DNA of 58,639 nucleotides from positions 1-58,639 of the forward strand of contig DASZWY010000273.1 of NCBI GenBank assembly GCA_035546135.1. Direction: 5' to 3'. The notes below the pieces were generated by a model, which worked only from the letters and a program-made list of their open reading frames with translations, did no database searches and was not told where the DNA came from. Positions 52,407 through 58,639 of the stretch are shown one piece after another (within the stretch, counting starts at the first letter, position 1; the number at the start of each line of letters is the position of its first letter). The position numbers and the translations under genes were made by a program. This stretch comes from Opitutales bacterium. GTDB taxonomy: Bacteria; Verrucomicrobiota; Verrucomicrobiia; Opitutales; JABDGR01.

Positions 52407-55249
52407 ACCGCCTGCTGCCCGCTGTCGCGTTCCTGATTGCGGGCGGATTGAGCGCCGGCGCAACGGCGCCGGTGGACGCCACCCAATCGCCCGACGGCGT
52501 GGTGCTGCCCATTGGCGACGGTTACCTCGATCTGGAAGTGCGCGGCAGCGGCGTCATCCGCGTGGCCTACGCCCACGACCGGGCGTTCTTTTCGCAATCG
52601 AGCCTCGACGTGCTGCCCAAGCACGGGGACCTCCCCAAGTGGACGTTTAACCAGAATGCCACAACGGCAACCGTGGACACCGACAAGCTCCACGTCAGTG
52701 CGGACTTGAAGACCGGCGCCGTCACGTTTGCCACCCGCGATGGCCAGACCATCCTCGCCGAAACCCCCGAGGGGCGTGCGCTGGAATCGGCCACAGTGGA
52801 TGGCGCGACGACTTATCACGTGCGCCAGCAATGGCAGGCGCAGGACGGCGAAGCGCTTTACGGCCTGGGCCAACACCAACTGGGCATCCTCGACCTCAAG
52901 GGCTATGACCTCGACTTGTGGCAGCGCAATACCAACGTGGTCGTGCCGTTTTTGTATTCGAGCCGCGGCTACGGCATCCTCTGGGACAATCTTTCCTACA
53001 CGCGCTTCGGCGACCTGCGCGAGTTCACGCCCATTCCCGCCGAAGATTTGGTGGACGCCTCCGGCCAGCCTGGCGGCCTGACCATGGGCACTTTCAGCGC
53101 GGCCACACCCGGCCAGTTGCAAAACCCCGCGACGACATCCAACCTGACGCGCGGCGCGGCGCCCAATGGCCGCCGCGGTGGCCGGGGCGGCCGCGGCGCG
53201 CAAGGCCCGCAATTCACGCGCTGGAGCGGCGAAGTCATCGCGCCCGTCACCGGGGATTATCAATTTCAGACTTACTCCAACGGCGGCGTCAAAGTATGGA
53301 TTGACGGCAGGCTCGTCATTGACCACTGGCGGCAGGCGTGGCTCACAGAATACGACCAGGTGAAAATCCACCTCGAAGCCGGCAAGCACTACGCGATGCG
53401 CGCGGAATCCGGCGGCGACCAGACGAACCATTTTGAATTGAAATGGAAGACGCCCGGCGGCTCGGCCAACACCTCGCTCTGGTCGGAATTTGCCGGCGGC
53501 GAAGACTACTATTTTGTTTACGGGCCGGACGCCGACCAGATTATCGCCGGGTTTCGCCATCTCACCGGCCAGGCGGAAATGCTGCCGCAATGGACTTTCG
53601 GCCTCTGGCAATCGCGCCAGCGCTATGAAACCGCGCAGCAGAGCCTCGATGTCGTCAGCGAATTCCGCCGCCGCCAAATTCCGCTCGATAACATCGTGCA
53701 GGACTGGATGTACTGGCCGGAAAACGCCTGGGGCTCGCACGAGTTTGACCCGGCGCGCTTTCCCGACCCCGCCGCCTGGATCCAGGCGCTGCACGACCTG
53801 CACACGCACGTCATGATTTCCGTGTGGGGTAAATTTTACCCGACCACCGCGAACGCGCAGGCAATGAAGCAGGCGGGCTTCTTGTATGACACCCCGCGCC
53901 TGGACACCGCGCACGACTGGGTGGGCCGCGGCGGCTACAACTACACCTTCTATGACGCGTTCAATCCCGACGCGCGCAAGCTGTTTTGGGACCAGTTGAA
54001 CACGGCGCTGTTCAGCAAGCACGTGGACGCATGGTGGATGGACGCCTCGGAACCGGATGTCGTACAGCCCTCGCCGCCGACGCTCGCGCTGCAAAAGGAA
54101 TTCATGGGCAACACGGCGCTCGGCCCGGCGGCGCGCGTGCTCAACGGCTACGCGCTGATGAACAGCGAAGGCATCTACGAAGGCCAGCGCCAGGCGGCGC
54201 CCAACCAGCGCGTGTTCATCCTCACGCGCTCGGGTTACGCCGGCCAGCAACGCTACGGCGCCGCCACCTGGTCGGGCGACATCACCTCGACCTGGACCGC
54301 GCTGGCCAAGCAAATCCCCGCCGGGCTGGGCTTCTGCGTTTCCGGCGTGCCCTATTGGACGACGGACACGGGCGGCTACACGATGCCAACGCGCTTCTCC
54401 ACCGCAAATCCCACGCCCGCGAATCTCGACGAATGGCGCGAGCTGAATGCGCGCTGGTTTGAATACAGCACCTTCACGCCGCTGCTGCGCGTGCACGGCG
54501 AGTTGAAAAACCGCGAGATGTGGAACCTCGGCGGCGAGGACACCCCGGTTTACCAGGCCGAACTGAAGTTCGATCACCTACGCTACGCGCTGTTTCCCTA
54601 TATTTATTCGCTCGAAGGCGAGGTCGTGCAACGCTCCGGAACCATGATGCGGCCGCTGGTCATGGATTTTCCCCAGGATACCACCGCGCGCGAATTGCCG
54701 GATGAATATTTGTTCGGCCCGGCGTTGCTCGTCGCGCCGATCACGCAATACCAGGCGCGGAGCCGCAGTGTTTATCTCCCGGCAGGCGCGATGTGGTATG
54801 ATTTCTGGACCGGAAAATCCCAGCCCGGCGGCCAATCCGTGGATACCGCCGCGCCGTACGGCCAGATTCCGCTCTATGTGCGCGCAGGCTCCATCATCCC
54901 TTACGGCCCCGACGAGCAATACATCGGCGAGAAACCGGCCGAGACGCTGACGCTTTATGTTTACGCCGGCGCTGACGGCAAATTCACCCTCTATGAAGAT
55001 GACGGCCTGACCTTCGATTATGAAAAAGGCGCGTTCGCGCAAATTCCCTTCGCGTGGAATGACGCCGCCAAAACCCTGAGCATCGGCAAACGCGAAGGCT
55101 CCTTTGACGGCCTGCTCGCCGACCGCGCTTTTAATGTCGTGCTCGTTTCCCCGGCAAAGCCGCTCGGCTATTCCCCCGCGCCCCCGGCAGGCGTCAGCGT
55201 CAAATACCACGGCGAGGCCGAAGATGTGAAATTGCCAACCGTGCCCTAA
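52403..55249 (+). CDS. GH31 glycoside hydrolase (alpha-xylosidase/alpha-glucosidase type) with an inserted PA14 domain
   Basis: Start ATG 52403 overlaps the previous stop (ATGA). Signal peptide MNRLLPAVAFLIAGGLSAGA. PA14-like FTRWSGEVIAPVTGDYQFQTYSNGGVKVWIDGRLVIDHW. GH31 blocks DAWWMDASEPD and ILTRSGYAGQQRYGAATWSGDITSTW. Confidence 0.85.
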   Translation: MNRLLPAVAFLIAGGLSAGATAPVDATQSPDGVVLPIGDGYLDLEVRGSGVIRVAYAHDRAFFSQSSLDVLPKHGDLPKWTFNQNATTATVDTDKLHVSADLKTGAVTFATRDGQTILAETPEGRALESATVDGATTYHVRQQWQAQDGEALYGLGQHQLGILDLKGYDLDLWQRNTNVVVPFLYSSRGYGILWDNLSYTRFGDLREFTPIPAEDLVDASGQPGGLTMGTFSAATPGQLQNPATTSNLTRGAAPNGRRGGRGGRGAQGPQFTRWSGEVIAPVTGDYQFQTYSNGGVKVWIDGRLVIDHWRQAWLTEYDQVKIHLEAGKHYAMRAESGGDQTNHFELKWKTPGGSANTSLWSEFAGGEDYYFVYGPDADQIIAGFRHLTGQAEMLPQWTFGLWQSRQRYETAQQSLDVVSEFRRRQIPLDNIVQDWMYWPENAWGSHEFDPARFPDPAAWIQALHDLHTHVMISVWGKFYPTTANAQAMKQAGFLYDTPRLDTAHDWVGRGGYNYTFYDAFNPDARKLFWDQLNTALFSKHVDAWWMDASEPDVVQPSPPTLALQKEFMGNTALGPAARVLNGYALMNSEGIYEGQRQAAPNQRVFILTRSGYAGQQRYGAATWSGDITSTWTALAKQIPAGLGFCVSGVPYWTTDTGGYTMPTRFSTANPTPANLDEWRELNARWFEYSTFTPLLRVHGELKNREMWNLGGEDTPVYQAELKFDHLRYALFPYIYSLEGEVVQRSGTMMRPLVMDFPQDTTARELPDEYLFGPALLVAPITQYQARSRSVYLPAGAMWYDFWTGKSQPGGQSVDTAAPYGQIPLYVRAGSIIPYGPDEQYIGEKPAETLTLYVYAGADGKFTLYEDDGLTFDYEKGAFAQIPFAWNDAAKTLSIGKREGSFDGLLADRAFNVVLVSPAKPLGYSPAPPAGVSVKYHGEAEDVKLPTVP

Positions 55250-55279
55250 TCCAGCTTCGTAGGCCCAGCTTTACCCCCC

Positions 55280-57514
55280 ATGAAAACGCTCCTGCTCGGT
55301 TCGTTGCTGTTCGTTGCGCCAACACTTTCGGCCCAAAGCGCCCCGGCGCCCGGTGCCGACTCCAAGCCGCCCTACCTCGACTCCACGCAACCGGTCGCCG
55401 CGCGTGTGGACGATTTGCTCAAGCGGATGACGCCGGAGGAAAAAGACACGCTGCTGCATGGGAGCGGCACCTTCACGACCGCCGCGATTCCCCGGCTGGG
55501 AATTCCCGAGCGGTGGATGTCCGACGGGCCGCATGGCGTGCGCGAGGAAATCGACCCGAACAGCTTCAACTCCGCGAATCACACGGATGACTACTCGACC
55601 GCGTTCCCCTGCGGCATCTGCCTCGCCGCAACGTGGAACCCCGATGCCGCGCGCGCAGAAGGCCAGGCTCTCGGCGAGGAAGCCCGCTGGCGCGGCAAGG
55701 ACATCATGCTCGGACCGGCGGTGAACATCCAGCGCGTGCCGCTGAACGGGCGCACATTCGAATATTTCGGCGAAGACCCGTGGCTCTCCGGGCGCATCGC
55801 CATCGGCTTCATCGACGGCGAGCAGTCGCGCGACATCGCCTCGTGCGTGAAGCACTTCGCCGCCAACAACCAGGAGACCAACCGCAATTCCATCAACGTC
55901 AACGCGGACGAGCGCACCCTGCGCGAAATCTACCTGCCGGCATTTGAGGCCGCCGTCAAGGAGGGCCACTGCCTCTCCGTCATGGCCGCGTACAACAAAA
56001 TCAATGGTGTGTTTTGCGCGGAGGACGACCACCTGCTTAATCAGATTTTGAAAAATGAGTGGGGCTTCCCCGGTTTGGTGATGACCGACTGGGGCGCGGC
56101 GCATGACACCGCGGGCTGCGCCACCGGCGGCCTCGACCTCGAGATGGGCACAGGCATTGGCCGCACGCCCTACGACCAATATTTTCTCGCGCGTCCGTTT
56201 CTTGACGGCGTGCTCGACGGCACCTACCCCATGTTGCTGCTCGATGACAAGGCGCGGCGCAACCTCTACGTAATGTTCGCTTCCCACGTGCTCGACCCCA
56301 ACCGCGCCGGAGGTTCATACAACACCGCCGCGCACCAGGCCGCGTCGCAGCACTCCGCGGAAGAAGGCATGGTGCTGCTGAAAAATGAGGCCGGTGCGCT
56401 GCCGCTCGACCCGGCGCAAATCAAGTCCATCGCCGTCATCGGCGACAATGCCGTGCGCCTGCAAGCGGCGGGCGGCCAAAGCTCGGGCATCAAGGCGTTC
56501 AACGAAGTCTCACCCCTCGCGGGCATTTTGGCTCGCGTCGGCAATCGCGTGAACGTGACATTTTCGCAGGGCTACATTGCCACCAATGGTGCACGCGGCG
56601 GACGGCGCGGCGGTGCCGCGACGGTCCCGGCGGCGGCGAATCCTGAACTCATCGCCCAAGCCGTGCAGGCGGCGAAACAGGCGGATGTCGCCATTGTCAT
56701 CGGCGGACTGAATAAAAATTTTGACACCGAAGGCAGCGACCGCCGCGATTTGAAACTGCCCTACGGCCAGGACGCCTTGATTGCGCAGGTCGTCGCCGCG
56801 AATCCGCGCACCATTGTGGTGCTGGTGTCCGGCTCGCCGGTCGAGATGGGGCCGTGGCTGGAAAAAGTGCCGGCGCTGCTCGAGGCCTGGTATGGTGGCT
56901 CCGAGGCCGGCACGGCGCTCGCGCGCATTTTATTTGGCGACGTGAATCCCTCGGGCAAATTGCCGTGCACGTTCCCCAGGCAACTGGCCGATACCCCGGC
57001 GGCGGCGTTCGGCGCCGACGCCTACCCCGGCACCGGCGGGCAGGAGTATTACAAGGAAGGGCTGCTCGTGGGCTACCGGTGGTATGACACCAAGAACATC
57101 GAGCCGCTGTTTCCCTTCGGCCACGGGCTTTCCTACACGACGTTCCAATATTCGAATTTGAAACTGCTGCCCGGCGACCACGCGCAAGGCGTGTGGGCGA
57201 CCGCGCAATTCGATGTGACGAACACCGGCGCGAGGGCGGGCGAGGAGGTCGCGCAGCTCTATATCCATCAGGACAGCCCCGGCCTGCCGCGTCCGGAAAA
57301 AGAACTGAAAGGCTTCAATAAAATTTCGCTCCAGCCCGGCGAGACCGCCACCGTCACCATCCCCCTGGGCTTCCGCGCCTTTGCGTATTACAATCCCGAC
57401 AAACCCGGCTGGCTGGCCGAAGCGGGGGATTATCAAATCCTCGTCGGCGCTTCCTCACGCGATATCCGGCTCAAGGACACCTTCAAGGTGGTGGAAACCA
57501 ACCTTTATCGGTAA
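55280..57514 (+). CDS. GH3 beta-glucosidase (BglX-like)
   Basis: Signal peptide, then MSDGPHGVRE, KHFAANNQE and GLVMTDWGA (the nucleophile Asp region). C-terminal FnIII-like domain ELKGFNKISLQPGET. Confidence 0.9.
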   Translation: MKTLLLGSLLFVAPTLSAQSAPAPGADSKPPYLDSTQPVAARVDDLLKRMTPEEKDTLLHGSGTFTTAAIPRLGIPERWMSDGPHGVREEIDPNSFNSANHTDDYSTAFPCGICLAATWNPDAARAEGQALGEEARWRGKDIMLGPAVNIQRVPLNGRTFEYFGEDPWLSGRIAIGFIDGEQSRDIASCVKHFAANNQETNRNSINVNADERTLREIYLPAFEAAVKEGHCLSVMAAYNKINGVFCAEDDHLLNQILKNEWGFPGLVMTDWGAAHDTAGCATGGLDLEMGTGIGRTPYDQYFLARPFLDGVLDGTYPMLLLDDKARRNLYVMFASHVLDPNRAGGSYNTAAHQAASQHSAEEGMVLLKNEAGALPLDPAQIKSIAVIGDNAVRLQAAGGQSSGIKAFNEVSPLAGILARVGNRVNVTFSQGYIATNGARGGRRGGAATVPAAANPELIAQAVQAAKQADVAIVIGGLNKNFDTEGSDRRDLKLPYGQDALIAQVVAANPRTIVVLVSGSPVEMGPWLEKVPALLEAWYGGSEAGTALARILFGDVNPSGKLPCTFPRQLADTPAAAFGADAYPGTGGQEYYKEGLLVGYRWYDTKNIEPLFPFGHGLSYTTFQYSNLKLLPGDHAQGVWATAQFDVTNTGARAGEEVAQLYIHQDSPGLPRPEKELKGFNKISLQPGETATVTIPLGFRAFAYYNPDKPGWLAEAGDYQILVGASSRDIRLKDTFKVVETNLYR

Positions 57515-57586
57515 TGCACTTCCTATCGCAAAGCATTGCATAATAGTCGCTTGACGGGATTATAGGCACTGGGTATTTCACCCTAG

Positions 57587-58435
57587 ATGCATCCTTCCTC
57601 CCTCCCTTCCTTCCTTCGCGTTATGTTTTCCACCCTGGGCTTGCTGGCCTTCACGGCCAGTGCCCTGCATGCCGACAATCCGCCGTCGCCTTATGTGCAG
57701 GTCAAGGTAATCCGGCTCGGCAGCGAGCCGAGGTTGTTTGAATTTGATAACAGCACCACCGGCCCAATCACCAATAATTCCACCGGCCCTCTCAGTGTTT
57801 TCGACAATTCGGCAGATTACGGCCTGTTGACGGCCAATCTTTCCGGCGCAGTACCCACAACCGGAAACACCGTATCGGTCAGCAATGGTATTTCGGCCAC
57901 CTGGGTGGACACGCTGACCTTTTCCGCCGCCAACACCTCCCTGACCGGCATCGCCACAGCGCATTTCCTTTTCCAGCTAGACGGAAACTGGAGCCACAGC
58001 TTCGCCACGGGTGCTGATGGCAGTTCCATCACCTATAACATGACCATCAATGGCGTAGATTATGGCGGGTATTACGCCGCCAACGAAGCTTTGCCAAGAG
58101 GTGAGATCAACATCGCCAATTATTCCCTGATCCCCTTTGACGTCCCCTTCAACCTCGGGTCTTCGGTTGATTTAAACGTGGTGCTTTCTGAAGGCCTCGT
58201 GCTCGAGAGCAGCGCCTCGGGATCATCCTCGGGCAATGTCCATCTCACCTTCGCGGAAACCAGCCTGCAGGTGTTCGACGGCGGCAACAACACCATTGCC
58301 GGCACGTGGTCAACGCTCTCCGGACATGACTACACCGTCTCCGCCATTCCCGAGCCCGCCACGTGGGCGCTGGTCCCGGCGGTGATTGGCCTGGTCGTCG
58401 CCACACGCCGCCGCAAAGTCAAAACGGCGGCTTAA
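57587..58435 (+). CDS. PEP-CTERM sorting-domain protein
   Basis: C-terminus IPEPATWALVPAVIGLVVATRRRK is the PEP motif plus TM plus basic cluster. N-terminal signal peptide. The start may be Met 57623 (MFSTLGLLAFTASALHA). Confidence 0.85.
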   Translation: MHPSSLPSFLRVMFSTLGLLAFTASALHADNPPSPYVQVKVIRLGSEPRLFEFDNSTTGPITNNSTGPLSVFDNSADYGLLTANLSGAVPTTGNTVSVSNGISATWVDTLTFSAANTSLTGIATAHFLFQLDGNWSHSFATGADGSSITYNMTINGVDYGGYYAANEALPRGEINIANYSLIPFDVPFNLGSSVDLNVVLSEGLVLESSASGSSSGNVHLTFAETSLQVFDGGNNTIAGTWSTLSGHDYTVSAIPEPATWALVPAVIGLVVATRRRKVKTAA

Positions 58436-58478
58436 AGTTGGGCGCCGAGCGCGCTTGCGCGAAGCGGATATTTCAGTC

Positions 58479-58639
58479 ATGCTGGCGCGCATGAAAAGCT
58501 CGCACGCGCTCTTGCTGGCCACCGGCCTGATCACGCTCACCGCGCAGGCGCAGACGCCCGCGGCCTTCAACGCGGACAAGGTGCTGGCGTTTCCCGACAA
58601 GGTTTGGGGCTTCAAAGTCAGCGCCGACGGGCTGCATTG
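58479..58639 (+). CDS. 5' end of a secreted protein (truncated by the window edge)
   Basis: MLARMKSSHALLLATGLITLTAQAQTPAAF... has a signal-peptide-like N-terminus and is open to the end of the window. Not in the ORF track because it is unterminated. Confidence 0.4.
   Translation, partial: MLARMKSSHALLLATGLITLTAQAQTPAAFNADKVLAFPDKVWGFKVSADGLH

Noticed and set aside
52391-54577. 728-aa minus-strand ORF opposite the GH31 gene. Similar cases are 7927-9573, 11524-12669, 15548-16630 and 34267-35478.
   Set aside because: All are antisense to genes with unambiguous family motifs (GH31, CLC, GT39, RmlB). All have R/A/G/V-dominated, low-complexity translations. They are treated as artefacts.
1-58639. 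Search for CRISPR arrays, rRNA genes, transposase or IS elements, and additional tRNAs
   Set aside because: I saw no regularly spaced 25-40-bp repeats, no rRNA-like conserved stretches and no DDE or IS-type transposase motifs. The only tRNA-like sequences are the tRNA-Gly and its 3' fragment at attR.

Overview
High-GC bacterial chromosome segment. PEP-CTERM sorting signals, a long GreA-type factor and expanded GT39-type enzymes suggest Verrucomicrobiota or another PVC-group organism, but this is inference only. No database search was possible, so all calls rest on motifs read from the supplied translations and the DNA.

Layout:
- 1-10.5 kb: housekeeping and stress genes. These are Dus, a RelE/ParE-type toxin-antitoxin pair, a GH43-like enzyme, a long GreA-family factor, an ElaB/YqjD-YqjE-YqjK-like trio, a fluoride riboswitch controlling crcB-DUF190-CLC(F), and trpA.
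- 10.6-16.9 kb: three tandem paralogous GT39/PMT_2-type membrane glycosyltransferases.
- 16,993-32,712: tRNA-Gly(CCC) followed by a roughly 15.6 kb, visibly AT-richer integrative island. It is bounded by a perfect 40-bp direct repeat of the tRNA 3' end and carries a tyrosine integrase and an Xis-like gene.
- 33.5-52.4 kb: a large surface-glycan locus. It holds rhamnose genes, GT2, GT25, DUF616 x2, a deacetylase, an ABC exporter, a sulfotransferase and a J-like/polytopic/TPR giant protein.
- 52.4-58.6 kb: GH31(PA14), GH3 and a PEP-CTERM protein.

The best candidate for a novel system is the island cargo. Its parts are:
- a 2102-aa protein with a PD-(D/E)xK nuclease-like head, a STAND-type P-loop NTPase and about 1,550 uncharacterised residues;
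- a 230-aa partner gene that overlaps the giant ORF out of frame;
- an XRE regulator;
- a separate 1262-aa orphan protein;
- a roughly 500-nt hairpin-rich putative ncRNA region ending in a plus-strand intrinsic terminator.

Many long antisense ORFs in the track are high-GC artefacts and were not called.
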